Source: a virus
Lineage: Duplodnaviria > Caudoviricetes
Direction: 5' to 3' (one strand)
Virus record (IMG/VR): IMGVR_UViG_2926068284_000002
Span: 1 to 64,000 of that record
DNA: 64,000 bases
In this document: one piece after another, positions 20,043 to 28,649 of the stretch
How positions within the stretch are numbered: position 1 is the first letter of the stretch
Layout of the letters: the number at the start of each line of letters is the position of its first letter
Made by a program: the position numbers and the translations under genes
The notes under the pieces: model-generated
Database searches by the model: none
Told to the model about the DNA's origin: nothing
Seen by the model: the letters and a program-made list of their open reading frames with translations, nothing else

Positions 20043-20696
20043 ATGCCCGACACCTCACCCACCCCCGCTGACCGCCCCGCCGACCAGCTGCGCGCCGCCT
20101 TGGGTCGCGCCACCGAGCTGCACGAGCGCTTCGAGGGGAGCACCTGCGGAACCTGCGCCGACGCTGACGGCCAGGCCGCTGCGTGGCCCTGCGAGACGGC
20201 ATCCGCCCTGGCGGTGGCCCGGCAGCTCCTCGGCACCACCGAAACCGAGGGTGGCGAGGACACGATCGGCCTGTGCGGGTACTGCGGCGTCCCCCGCGAG
20301 ACCCACCACCACGGGTACGTCTCCACGGCAGCCGCGCTGGCCGCCGCGCCGCACCACATCACCGCCGCCCCGCCCGCGCCTGCCGACCGGGCCGCCGTGC
20401 TCCGCGAAGCCGCCGACCTTCTGGCGGAGCTCGGCACGCCCATCTTCGGAGAGCGGTCGGAGCACGAGCGGGGCTTGATGTACGGCGCCGAGCGCCTCCG
20501 CCGTCTGGCCGGTGAGGCTGCCGCCGGGGCACACCACCCCGAGCAGGCGCAGCCCGAGGTCGTCCAGTGCGGCGCCCAGGTCTTCACCATCGGCTGGCAC
20601 TACGCGCACGACTGGATCCCGCAGCCCGGCATGACCCCGGTCCGCTGCCCCGGCACCACCCCCGCTGTTCCTGCCGCGCCCGAGGAGACCCAGTGA
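20043..20696 (+). CDS. Mosaic phage hypothetical protein
   Basis: GGAG RBS; CxxC modules and PADRAA linker. Confidence 0.6.
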   Translation: MPDTSPTPADRPADQLRAALGRATELHERFEGSTCGTCADADGQAAAWPCETASALAVARQLLGTTETEGGEDTIGLCGYCGVPRETHHHGYVSTAAALAAAPHHITAAPPAPADRAAVLREAADLLAELGTPIFGERSEHERGLMYGAERLRRLAGEAAAGAHHPEQAQPEVVQCGAQVFTIGWHYAHDWIPQPGMTPVRCPGTTPAVPAAPEETQ

Positions 20697-21079
20697 CCAC
20701 GCCCGTCCGTATCCAGCGCCGCCGCACCAAGGGGTGGCGGCTCCCCGACAACGCCGTCATCGTCAGCCGGCCGTCCCGCTTCGGCAACCCGTTCCTGATC
20801 AAGGACGCCATCGAGGCCGAGATGGGCGAGCCCCGCAGCGCCTGCGCCTCCAACTATGCCGACTGGCTGCGGGTCGGCACCGCAGGCGGCTGGTACGAGG
20901 AGACGTACCGCGTCGGCCGCCAGGTTTTCGACCGCCGCCGTGTCCTCGACGAGCTGCACACGCTGCGCGGCCGCGACCTCGCCTGTACCTGCCCGCTCCC
21001 CGAACCGGGCGAGCCGGACCACTGCCACGCCGCCGTCCTCCTCGACCTCGCCAACCGCCCCGCCCCTGCTGCCGGGTGA
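20693..21079 (+). CDS. DUF4326-domain protein
   Basis: RIQRRRTKGW..RPSRFGNPF..LRGRDLACTC..CHAAVL. Confidence 0.85.
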   Translation: MTTPVRIQRRRTKGWRLPDNAVIVSRPSRFGNPFLIKDAIEAEMGEPRSACASNYADWLRVGTAGGWYEETYRVGRQVFDRRRVLDELHTLRGRDLACTCPLPEPGEPDHCHAAVLLDLANRPAPAAG

Positions 21080-21105
21080 TCCCGGCCCACACCACGGAGA
21101 CCCAC

Positions 21106-21336
21106 ATGGACGACACCACCGAACACCACTGCACCTGCATCGACACCCCCGAGGTCGACGACTCCGGCGAAGTGCTCCACCACTCGTACTGCATGGTCGC
21201 CGACGACGAACCGATCTGCGGCGACCGGTACGACGGCGAGGCGTGCGAGCTGGAGCCCGGCCACGACGGTGCCCACTGCGCCGGGAACCTCTGCTGGGAC
21301 TACGGCCGAGCCGAGCCGACCACTCCCGCCGCCTGA
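21106..21336 (+). CDS. Small Cys/His-rich acidic protein
   Basis: GGAG RBS; CELEPGHDGAH motif. Confidence 0.55.
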   Translation: MDDTTEHHCTCIDTPEVDDSGEVLHHSYCMVADDEPICGDRYDGEACELEPGHDGAHCAGNLCWDYGRAEPTTPAA

Positions 21337-21399
21337 CCCCTGTCTGCTGTGTGGCCGCCCCACCACCGGGGCGGCCCCCAACCCCGGAAGGACCCGACC

Positions 21400-21690
21400 G
21401 TGCGCCTGCCGACCGACGTCATCGAAGCCCGCCTCAACCACCTCATCGACCGAGCCCGACGCCACCGGCTCCTCGAGGAGGAAGCCGACCGGTTCACCAC
21501 CGAACTCCGCGACCTCGTCCGCCGCCTGGAGGACGAGGAAGACGCCAGCCGCCGACTCCTCGTCCAGCGGCAGGAGATGGCCGCAGAACGCTGGGCGTGG
21601 CAGGAGCGCGGCGACCGCGCCCAGGCCCGTGTCCGCGAGCTGGAGGCCGAGGGGGCCCGCCTGACCGCCGGGCGCGCGCCCACCACCTGA
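21400..21690 (+). CDS. Coiled-coil hypothetical protein
   Basis: GGAAGGA RBS, GTG start. Confidence 0.55.
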   Translation: MRLPTDVIEARLNHLIDRARRHRLLEEEADRFTTELRDLVRRLEDEEDASRRLLVQRQEMAAERWAWQERGDRAQARVRELEAEGARLTAGRAPTT

Positions 21691-21706
21691 CCCCGGACAC
21701 ACCGCA

Positions 21707-21731
21707 GCCCCCACCCAGACGGGTGGGGGCC
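21707..21731. terminator. Hairpin between convergent genes
   Basis: gcccccaccc-agac-gggtgggggc. Confidence 0.55.
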
Positions 21732-21747
21732 GCTTCGCGCGTGGGGT

Positions 21748-22623
21748 TCACCGGCGCCAGACGTTGACCCTCTCCGTCGACAGCAACGGAGCCCCCTCCG
21801 GGCCCTTCATATGCGCCGGCACCCACGTCTGGCGGCGCAACGACCGCTCCGGTCCGTAAGCCTGGTTCCGCCAGTGACCGGACACGATCCACCGGTTCCT
21901 GTACGTCCGCTGATCCGTACCGGCGTCCGGGTCACGGTCCTGCGGGGTGTACTGGCGGCGCAGGTCCACAATGCTCACCTCGGGGGCAGGCTGGCCGTCC
22001 CGGGCGTAGGCGCGTGCGGTCGGCTTGTCCGCGCGCTCTTGGGTCCGGTCGATGAGGAGCGGCTGCTGCATCATCAGCCAGGCGGCAGCGAGCGCGGCCA
22101 CAACGGGCTGCGGCAGACCCGGGTCGAGGTCCGCCAGAGACAGTGGCTCGCTGGTCACGGGAAGCGTCGCGCCATAGATCGGAATCAGGGGCGGGACTTG
22201 ATCCTCAACGATTTCGAAGTGCCCGCGGCGCGCCGTTTCCGCAGAGAGCCGGGCACGGGACATCAGCAACCAGAGCAGCATCCCGCCCTCGCATGGACCC
22301 CAAGCGCACGCCTCAACGGGGATCTGCACCCCCTGCGCATCGATATGCCCGATGCCGTCCTGCCAGTACAGCAGCCCGCACGCCGATGGCCGATCTGCTG
22401 TTGCCCACCGGGCCGCAGCAAGCTGCGCCCCGGAATGGACGGCGAGAGCAGCCATGTCCTGGCCAACCCAGAACAGGTTGGCCTCTTCAAGGCTGAGGGT
22501 GAGCGCGTCAAGGCCGGACTTGGTTGCTGCGCTGGTTTTTGATCGGAGATGTGACTCCGGATCGTTCAGGAAACGCAGCGTCTGGCGCCGCACCTTCGGC
22601 ATCTGTGAGGGCCGCATCGTCAC
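21748..22623 (-). CDS. Hypothetical protein, last gene of the Aca2-like operon
   Basis: 291-aa ORF coupled to the HTH gene; C-terminal VSGHWRNQAYG...HMKGP motif; atypical codons. Confidence 0.7.
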   Translation of the reverse strand: MTMRPSQMPKVRRQTLRFLNDPESHLRSKTSAATKSGLDALTLSLEEANLFWVGQDMAALAVHSGAQLAAARWATADRPSACGLLYWQDGIGHIDAQGVQIPVEACAWGPCEGGMLLWLLMSRARLSAETARRGHFEIVEDQVPPLIPIYGATLPVTSEPLSLADLDPGLPQPVVAALAAAWLMMQQPLLIDRTQERADKPTARAYARDGQPAPEVSIVDLRRQYTPQDRDPDAGTDQRTYRNRWIVSGHWRNQAYGPERSLRRQTWVPAHMKGPEGAPLLSTERVNVWRR

Positions 22624-23051
22624 GAAGCGCCCTTGTCGCTATCCGGCTGCGGGTAGGCGATGGCGAGGCCCGGCACGTCCTGTGCGATACGGGCGACGAC
22701 CGCTCTGTGCCAGGACGCGGGGAACGGGATCTCGGGGTGCGCGGCGTGGTACTCGGCATCCGTCCGGTACGTGAACACCCCGGGGTCGGGGACGTCGAGG
22801 AGCTTGCTGACGACGCCCGAGATGAACGCCGCGGTCCGGGCCTCCAGGTCTTCCATTTCCAGGCGCACCCCGTCCGGGATGGCGTACTTGCCGGCCTCCC
22901 AGTGCCGGACCGTCCGGGCGGACACTTTGAGGTGATCGGCCAGCGCCTCGGGGGTGAACCCCAGGTACTCGCGGACGACCCGGAGTTCGGCGTCCGTCAT
23001 CCGCTCGTCCTCGGGCATGCCGGGCGGGTCGGTATAGGCGGGGCTGGTCAT
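22620..23051 (-). CDS. Aca2/YdiL-like (DUF1870) HTH regulator
   Basis: MTDAELRVVREYLGFTPEALADHLKVSARTVRHWEAGKYAIPDGV plus C-terminal YRTDAEY...WHRAVVAR domain. Confidence 0.72.
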   Translation of the reverse strand: MTSPAYTDPPGMPEDERMTDAELRVVREYLGFTPEALADHLKVSARTVRHWEAGKYAIPDGVRLEMEDLEARTAAFISGVVSKLLDVPDPGVFTYRTDAEYHAAHPEIPFPASWHRAVVARIAQDVPGLAIAYPQPDSDKGAS

Positions 23052-23118
23052 CGTGAAGCCTTCCGGTTACGAAGTGTGGCCCCCAGCCGGTAGCTGGGGG
23101 CCAGGCGGCGGTGTGGTG

Positions 23119-23634
23119 TCAGTCGTCGTTGGTGTGGGTGTGCCGGTCCAGCTCGGCTGCCATCTTCGTCAGCTCCTCGATCCCCTGCGCGTAGGCAATC
23201 TTGGCGGCCTCGACCGTGTCGTAGGGGGTGGTCTCGCTGAAGGAGTCCCCGTCCCACACGGTGACGAGCCGGTGGTCGCGGATGACGCCGCAGGTCGCTT
23301 TCCGGCAGTCGTCCTCGCACTCCTCGGCGTCGCCCCATGCCTCGTAGTCCGCCGGTGTCCAGTGCGCGGCCAGGGCGGCGACTGCGGAGTTACGGACGTG
23401 CTCGCAACCGGACTTCTTGCCGCCGCAGTACGTGCCTGCCGGGGAGAAGCGGATGGCGGGCCCGTCGGTGAGGGCGAGGGTGGTGGCGGTGGTGGCGGTG
23501 GTGTCGACGTTGTAGAGGGTGCCCTCGACCCAGAGGCCGCCGGTCCAGTCCAGGGGGCCTTCGGCGGCGTCTTCGGCGGTGGCCGGCTGGTGGGTGTTCA
23601 TCAGGTAGGCGAGCGAGGAAGAGCTGGTGATCAT
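23119..23634 (-). CDS. Acidic hypothetical protein (anti-defence candidate)
   Basis: 171 aa, GGAAGGA RBS, D/E-rich. Confidence 0.65.
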   Translation of the reverse strand: MITSSSSLAYLMNTHQPATAEDAAEGPLDWTGGLWVEGTLYNVDTTATTATTLALTDGPAIRFSPAGTYCGGKKSGCEHVRNSAVAALAAHWTPADYEAWGDAEECEDDCRKATCGVIRDHRLVTVWDGDSFSETTPYDTVEAAKIAYAQGIEELTKMAAELDRHTHTNDD

Positions 23635-23693
23635 GTCCGGTTCCTTCCGGGTGAGCCCGGGGCTGTTCCCCGGGCTGGGGTGGGTGGTGTGAC

Positions 23694-24209
23694 TCAGAGG
23701 GCGGCGGTGGCGGTACGGATGCCAGCGATGACGGCGGACCAGACCTCGTCGCGGGAGGCGACGCGGGACTCGTCGTACCCGAACCGGCCGTGGATCTTGC
23801 CGTCTGCGGAGTCGAACCACACCTTGTCGATCGAGCCGAGGAGCTTGTACGCCTGGGAGTTCGAGATGCCCTCGCCCTGGTAGGAGGCGGAGGAGATGTT
23901 CCCGGTGTTGTAGTGGGTGGTCTCGATGCCGGCGAAGGCGGCCCAGTTGTTGATGTAGACGCGGTCCATGCCGTTGCGCTGCCACCGGTTTCCGCCGATC
24001 GCGACCATCGTCTCGATGGAGTAGACGATCGGGCGGGCGGTGCGCTTCATGGCGCCGATGGCAATGCGGCGGGCAAGGGAGGTGGTGTCGATGATCCACC
24101 GGCCGGCGGTCTTGGTGGCGGCGATGACACCGCGGCGGGCCCAGGTGCGGATGGTTGCGACGGTGACGTTCGCGGTCTGGGCGGCCTTAGCGGCAGTGGT
24201 GGTGTTCAT
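23694..24209 (-). CDS. HTH-fused hypothetical protein, first gene of the operon
   Basis: N-terminal MerR/Xis-like HTH (VTVATIRTWARRG); GGAAGGA RBS. Confidence 0.75.
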   Translation of the reverse strand: MNTTTAAKAAQTANVTVATIRTWARRGVIAATKTAGRWIIDTTSLARRIAIGAMKRTARPIVYSIETMVAIGGNRWQRNGMDRVYINNWAAFAGIETTHYNTGNISSASYQGEGISNSQAYKLLGSIDKVWFDSADGKIHGRFGYDESRVASRDEVWSAVIAGIRTATAAL

Positions 24210-24263
24210 CGCCGGGTCCTTCCGGTGGGGTCTGGGGCTGTTCCCCTGACCTCATGACAACAA

Positions 24264-24293
24264 CAGTAGCTTCCAGATCTGGAAGCTGGCAAG
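24264..24293 (-). promoter_or_regulatory. Promoter with a perfect 20-bp palindromic operator in its spacer
   Basis: Minus strand TTGCCA-18 nt-TACTGT; AGCTTCCAGATCTGGAAGCT at 24268..24287. Confidence 0.75.
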
Positions 24294-24390
24294 GGGTGTC
24301 ACCCAAAAGAGTGAGAACCCATCAGAAAACCCAGCTCACAGCCCTAAACCTGCCAAGCTCACCCCGCCCAGACCCCAACCAGGAGCCCTC

Positions 24391-24639
24391 ATGACCCCCT
24401 ACGCCGAGCTCGCCCAGCACCTCGACACTGCCCTCGCCGACGACCCCACCCCGCAAGCCGCCGCACACCGCGCAGCCATCACCACCTGTACCCAGCTCCT
24501 CGACATGGGCCACCCCGAAGACGACCCGCTCGTCACCAGGTACCGGGAAGGCATCCTCGGCGGCATCCTCACGCCCATCGCCACCCTCTACGCCCACACC
24601 CCCGGCTTCCCCACCGCATGGCGGCACGCCGGTAGCTGA
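24391..24639 (+). CDS. Small hypothetical protein
   Basis: AGGAG RBS. Confidence 0.55.
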   Translation: MTPYAELAQHLDTALADDPTPQAAAHRAAITTCTQLLDMGHPEDDPLVTRYREGILGGILTPIATLYAHTPGFPTAWRHAGS

Positions 24640-24723
24640 GGCCACACCAAAGCCGCGCCACCTGGCGACCGCCGAGGAGGAAACCGCTGACAGGGCGGCC
24701 GAGGCTGCGGTAAATATGCGCCC

Positions 24724-25341
24724 ATGCCTGTCACCGCACTAGATGCAGCCACAGATGTCCTTACCCGAGCCCGTCAGCTCATGGCTCTGGATGCTGCGCC
24801 CACCCCGGCCGCTACTCGCGAAGACATCAGACGTGCCGCCCTAGCCCTCGGCGTCGCAGCCGTCGACACATACATGCACTGGGCTATTCGCAAAGTCGCC
24901 TTCGCTGACCCTCTGCCCAAGGAACTGGCCAGACTTGAAGTCCCCTTTGGGGCCATGCTGGACATCGCGAACGCCTCGGTCGAGGCGCGCAAGCAGGGCA
25001 TAGCCCACCGCCCTCAGGTGAAGGCCCGAAACGTCATGAACGAGAAGCTCCTCACCATGACGTTTCAGTCCCCAGCCGGCGTCGAGCGAGGCCTGCAGAT
25101 GCTGGGTATCTCGAAGTGCTGGGCAAAGCTGTCCGCCGCCATCCAGCCTCAGGCCACAACAACGGACCTGAAGGCACGGCTGGGGCAGATCGCGCACCGC
25201 CGCAACAAGATCGTGCACGAGGGAGATTTGGCCCGCCAAGACAGGCCCCGGGAAGTTAAACGGGAGACCATCAGTGCAAAGGAAGTCCACGACGACCTCA
25301 ACTGGATTGAATCTTTCATTAAGGCCCTGGCCTCCCTTTGA
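24724..25341 (+). CDS. HEPN-domain protein (putative RNase), moron
   Basis: RNKIVH Rx4H motif, all-helical, lower-GC codons, own promoter and terminator. Confidence 0.72.
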   Translation: MPVTALDAATDVLTRARQLMALDAAPTPAATREDIRRAALALGVAAVDTYMHWAIRKVAFADPLPKELARLEVPFGAMLDIANASVEARKQGIAHRPQVKARNVMNEKLLTMTFQSPAGVERGLQMLGISKCWAKLSAAIQPQATTTDLKARLGQIAHRRNKIVHEGDLARQDRPREVKRETISAKEVHDDLNWIESFIKALASL

Positions 25342-25347
25342 AACCCA

Positions 25348-25383
25348 AAGCGCCCCTGCCCGCCGTAGCGGGAGGGGCGCTTC
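25348..25383. terminator. Bidirectional terminator hairpin
   Basis: aagcgcccct...aggggcgctt between convergent genes. Confidence 0.6.
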
Positions 25384-25394
25384 GCGTTGGCGTG

Positions 25395-25802
25395 TCAGCG
25401 GGGGAGCGCCTCGTCGAGGTACTCCTGCACGGGCCCGAACAGCCCATACGGCACGTACTCCGGGATCTCCCCGTGCCCGATCCACGCCACTGCGGCAATC
25501 TCCTCAGCGTCCCCGACGACCGCATCCCCGGAGATCAGCTCGCACGCCACATACGACATCGGCACCCCAGTCTGCGGGTGCACCCGGTCACCCAGGACCC
25601 GGGCAGCCTTAACCTCCAGGCCGACCTCCTCCGCCGTCTCCCGCACCGCAGCCTGCTCCGGGGACTCCCCTGCCTCGATGCCGCCGCCAGGGAACGCCCA
25701 CAGCAGCTTCCCCTCCCGCTGCCGCCGCCGGATCATCAGCACCCTCCCGCCGTCGACGATGATCGCCGTGGAGACGGGGGGCTGGACACTCTGCTCGGTC
25801 AC
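25395..25802 (-). CDS. Nudix hydrolase
   Basis: GGGIEAGESPEQAAVRETAEEVGL Nudix box. Confidence 0.9.
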   Translation of the reverse strand: MTEQSVQPPVSTAIIVDGGRVLMIRRRQREGKLLWAFPGGGIEAGESPEQAAVRETAEEVGLEVKAARVLGDRVHPQTGVPMSYVACELISGDAVVGDAEEIAAVAWIGHGEIPEYVPYGLFGPVQEYLDEALPR

Positions 25803-26437
25803 GCTGCCTCCAAGGCACTCAAGATCGGCGGGTAGATGTTCTCGGCCGGGATGAAACGGGTCAGGCTGGCGAGGGGCACCCAGGCGACGTCCATGTTCTC
25901 GACCGCGTCCAGGTTGCTGGCCTCGCCGGCGAGATAGTCGCAGAGGACGTAGCTGGCCAGCACCCGGGTTTTCGGGTGGACCCGTGTGCCGAGCTCCTCG
26001 CGGACCGCGACGTGCACCCCGGTCTCCGCGTGGGTTTCCTGCACCGCTACCGACGCCGCGGCGGCGCCCGGCTTGCACATCCCGGCCGGGAACTGCCAGG
26101 ACAGGTTGTCGTCGCCGCGCCGGCACACCAGGAGCACCTCGGTGCCGCGCAGCACCACGGCGATAGCAACCCGGAGCGCCTGCGTCTCCGCCTCGGCAGG
26201 CTCCTCGGGCGGGCGGGACAGGAGGGTGAAGCGGCGTCTCACGTGTTCGTTGGCCCTCTCGTAGGTGGTGTCGAGGGCCTGCTGCATCTCGGTGCGCGGC
26301 ACGATCTCCGGGTTCCTGTGCCAGCCGGCAACGGTGCGAACCGCCACCCCGAGCTTCGCGGCGAAGCCCTCGTTCGTCATGCGGAGCGCGGCCTGCAAGG
26401 CGCAGGCGGTGCGGCCGGTCCACGTGGTGACGTTCAC
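25799..26437 (-). CDS. HTH-Nudix fusion regulator/hydrolase
   Basis: N-terminal XRE HTH plus degenerate Nudix box (PAGMCKPG...VQETHAETGV). Confidence 0.82.
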   Translation of the reverse strand: MNVTTWTGRTACALQAALRMTNEGFAAKLGVAVRTVAGWHRNPEIVPRTEMQQALDTTYERANEHVRRRFTLLSRPPEEPAEAETQALRVAIAVVLRGTEVLLVCRRGDDNLSWQFPAGMCKPGAAAASVAVQETHAETGVHVAVREELGTRVHPKTRVLASYVLCDYLAGEASNLDAVENMDVAWVPLASLTRFIPAENIYPPILSALEAA

Positions 26438-26469
26438 TATCCGGCTCCCCGGGTCGTGGCGCTGCGGTT

Positions 26470-26530
26470 CTGCATCACTGCTGCACTGCTACTGCACTAG
26501 GGGCCGATCCGGTGCACTGCCACCGCACTG
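26470..26530. repeat. GCACTG-type repeats upstream of the HTH-Nudix gene (possible operator)
   Basis: About five copies of (T)GCACT(G)-like units. Confidence 0.5.
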
Positions 26531-26589
26531 GAAGCTCATCGCCCGGTAAGCCGGCCGCCAGTTGACTTGAGGGCATGGAGATCAGCCGT

Positions 26590-26829
26590 TCACCTGGAAG
26601 CCCGCGAGATCTGCTCCGCTCTGGAGCCGGTCACCCCAAGCAGGTCGCCGACCTGCTGCCAGGAGCGCCCTTCGTGGAGGCTCCGGGCGATCTCGGCCTT
26701 CACGTCCTTGAGGTCGCCGCCGAGTTGCAGTTCGAGCTTTTTGACCGCCTGGTACCGCTCGACGTCGTCGCTGATCTCTTTGATGGCTGCGATCAGCGAT
26801 GTCGCGCGCGCTTCCAGGGTGTCGGTCAT
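26590..26829 (-). CDS. Small HTH repressor (Kor-like), leaderless
   Basis: SWQQVGDLLGVTGSRAEQI HTH; TTGAAG-17 nt-TACTCT ends 6 nt before the ATG. Confidence 0.72.
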   Translation of the reverse strand: MTDTLEARATSLIAAIKEISDDVERYQAVKKLELQLGGDLKDVKAEIARSLHEGRSWQQVGDLLGVTGSRAEQISRASR

Positions 26830-26835
26830 GGAATG

Positions 26836-26930
26836 AGAGTAGGGGCCAATCCGGGCCACTTCAAGCAGTTGCTTGACGCGGGCCGGATGGGGGCCTACTG
26901 TCTAACTCAGCACTCCAAGCACCGCTTGAA
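26836..26930. promoter_or_regulatory. Divergent promoters with two CAAGC...GCTTG operators
   Basis: Plus strand TTGACG(26873)-17 nt-TACTGT(26896); palindrome TCAAGCAGTTGCTTGA at 26861..26876; CAAGCACCGCTTG at about 26916..26928. Confidence 0.7.
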
Positions 26931-27052
26931 GCGCCGTTCACTCCTACCGGGCATGCCCGCGAACGGCGCGACAACAAAAACGGGCCGGACGCCAGCGACT
27001 CCTACATCGCGCAGCATCCGACCCTCACCGCCAAGGTCCTAAGGAGACCCCG

Positions 27053-27232
27053 ATGGCTGTGCAGAACTCTACCGTCGAGCGTCCGACGCTCCACGACCTG
27101 TCCCCGGCTGACATCGCCGCCCATGAGGCTGCGTCTTATGTCCGCCGGGCGGTGACCCCGACCCGCGAGTCGGTCACCCTCCCCGCCGAGACCCCGGCTC
27201 GCCGCCGGCTGATCGCTCTCCGGCGTCTCTGA
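27053..27232 (+). CDS. Small 59-aa protein (absent from the ORF track), first gene of the transfer operon
   Basis: AAGGAG RBS; MAVQNSTVERPTLHD...RRL*. Confidence 0.5.
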   Translation: MAVQNSTVERPTLHDLSPADIAAHEAASYVRRAVTPTRESVTLPAETPARRRLIALRRL

Positions 27233-27473
27233 TGCCCGCCGACGACCAGCCTCGCGACAACAAGGTCGTTTCCGAGCCGGCCACTCCGGAGGCTTGCCGC
27301 CGCGATTACCAGGCTGGTGCGAGTACTCGGGCTGCGATGGCCCGGCAGGAAGCCCGCCGCCGCAAGTAGCACCCCACAGTCCGCCGCTCCCGCCCGGTGT
27401 CACCCCCCGTCCCGGGCGGGAGCGGCTCCCCACCCCACTTCTTCATCCCACCACTCACTCGAAGGGCACCTCC

Positions 27474-27776
27474 ATGTCTCCGTTCGTTTCGTCCGTGACC
27501 AGCCTCCTGTCCGCCGATCTCGCCTCGGTGTCCGCCGAGATCCACAACTTGCGGGCGGCGCTCCTCACCTCCGACGTGCAGGTGACGTGGGAGGAGGCGG
27601 AGGGCCTCACCCCGGGGGAGATCGTCACCCGGTACGTGGCGGCCCGGGGTGATTACGGCACCCAGTACTGGCTGCGGGGCCTGGCCGTCGAGCACGACGC
27701 GGGGCAGCCGTTCGGGTCGCGGCTCGTGGACGAGCTCGACCAGCTCGACGGGCGCACCGAGCCGGCTGCGGCCTGA
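27474..27776 (+). CDS. Hypothetical protein
   Basis: GAAGGG RBS, good codon usage. Confidence 0.55.
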   Translation: MSPFVSSVTSLLSADLASVSAEIHNLRAALLTSDVQVTWEEAEGLTPGEIVTRYVAARGDYGTQYWLRGLAVEHDAGQPFGSRLVDELDQLDGRTEPAAA

Positions 27777-27866
27777 CTCCCGGCCTGCCCTGTCGTCCCC
27801 AACCCCGCGGTTGGTGGCGGCGGAGTGGCCCGGATTCACCCGGACCCGAACCCAGGAGAGAAACCC

Positions 27867-28031
27867 ATGGCCCGCAAGATCACCGAGTCCTTCATTCCCT
27901 GTGCCCCCGGCCCCCGGTTCACCGTCGATGGCGCCCACCCGTGGGACCACCACTCCACCCGGGAGGACGCCGAGAAGCAGGCCGCCGAACTCGACGCGAA
28001 GGACGCCGCCGAGGCGGAGGGGCAGAGCTGA
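27867..28031 (+). CDS. Small hypothetical protein
   Basis: AGGAG RBS; TGATG coupling to the next gene. Confidence 0.55.
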   Translation: MARKITESFIPCAPGPRFTVDGAHPWDHHSTREDAEKQAAELDAKDAAEAEGQS

Positions 28032-28411
28032 TGCCCGCCGTCACGATCGTGTCGTTCGGGTTTCTGCACGGTGACCCGCCGCCCGCGCACCTGACCGTTG
28101 ACCTGAGGCAGCACTTCCGGGACCCGCACGTGTCCCCGGGACTGCGGCACATGACCGCCCTGGACGAGCCGGTGCAGCAGGCGGTGCTCGGCACCCCCGG
28201 CATCACCGGGCTCGTCACGGCGGTCGCCGCAGCGGTGGACGCGTTCACCGCGGGCCCCAGCGCCGGGCCGGTGACTGTGGCCGATGGGTGTGCGGGCGGC
28301 CGGCACAGGGCCCCCGTTTTCGCCCAGGCGCTCGCTGACCAGCTGACTGCTGCCGGGCACACCGTCACCGTTCAGCACCGCGACCTGCACCGACCCGTCG
28401 TCAACCGATAG
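28031..28411 (+). CDS. Stand-alone RapZ C-terminal-domain-like protein
   Basis: IVSFGFLHG, VDLR..F.DP, GCAGGRHRA motifs. Confidence 0.78.
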   Translation: MPAVTIVSFGFLHGDPPPAHLTVDLRQHFRDPHVSPGLRHMTALDEPVQQAVLGTPGITGLVTAVAAAVDAFTAGPSAGPVTVADGCAGGRHRAPVFAQALADQLTAAGHTVTVQHRDLHRPVVNR

Positions 28412-28425
28412 AGGAGAACGAACCC

Positions 28426-28629
28426 ATGAGCGACCAGCCCACCGCGCAGACCGTCGGCACCCACGCCCTGGCCAAGGCCGTCGAGTACGCCGACAAGGCC
28501 CACGCCCACACCGTCAGCGCCTACGGGGAGCGGGCGTTCAACGAGGCGAAGGTCGCCGAGAACATCCGCTTCGCCCAGCTCTACGCCGACATCGCCAAGG
28601 CCGCCGGCCTCCTCGCGAACAACACCTGA
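28426..28629 (+). CDS. Small hypothetical protein
   Basis: GAGGAG RBS. Confidence 0.55.
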   Translation: MSDQPTAQTVGTHALAKAVEYADKAHAHTVSAYGERAFNEAKVAENIRFAQLYADIAKAAGLLANNT

Positions 28630-28649
28630 CCAGGAAGGACACCGCCCCA

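Noticed and set aside
23654-24251. GGGGCTGTTCCCC hairpins as solitary CRISPR repeats (RNA anti-CRISPRs)
   Set aside because: Only superficial likeness to type I-E repeats; the stems and flanks do not match a repeat consensus I can support, so they are kept as UTR elements
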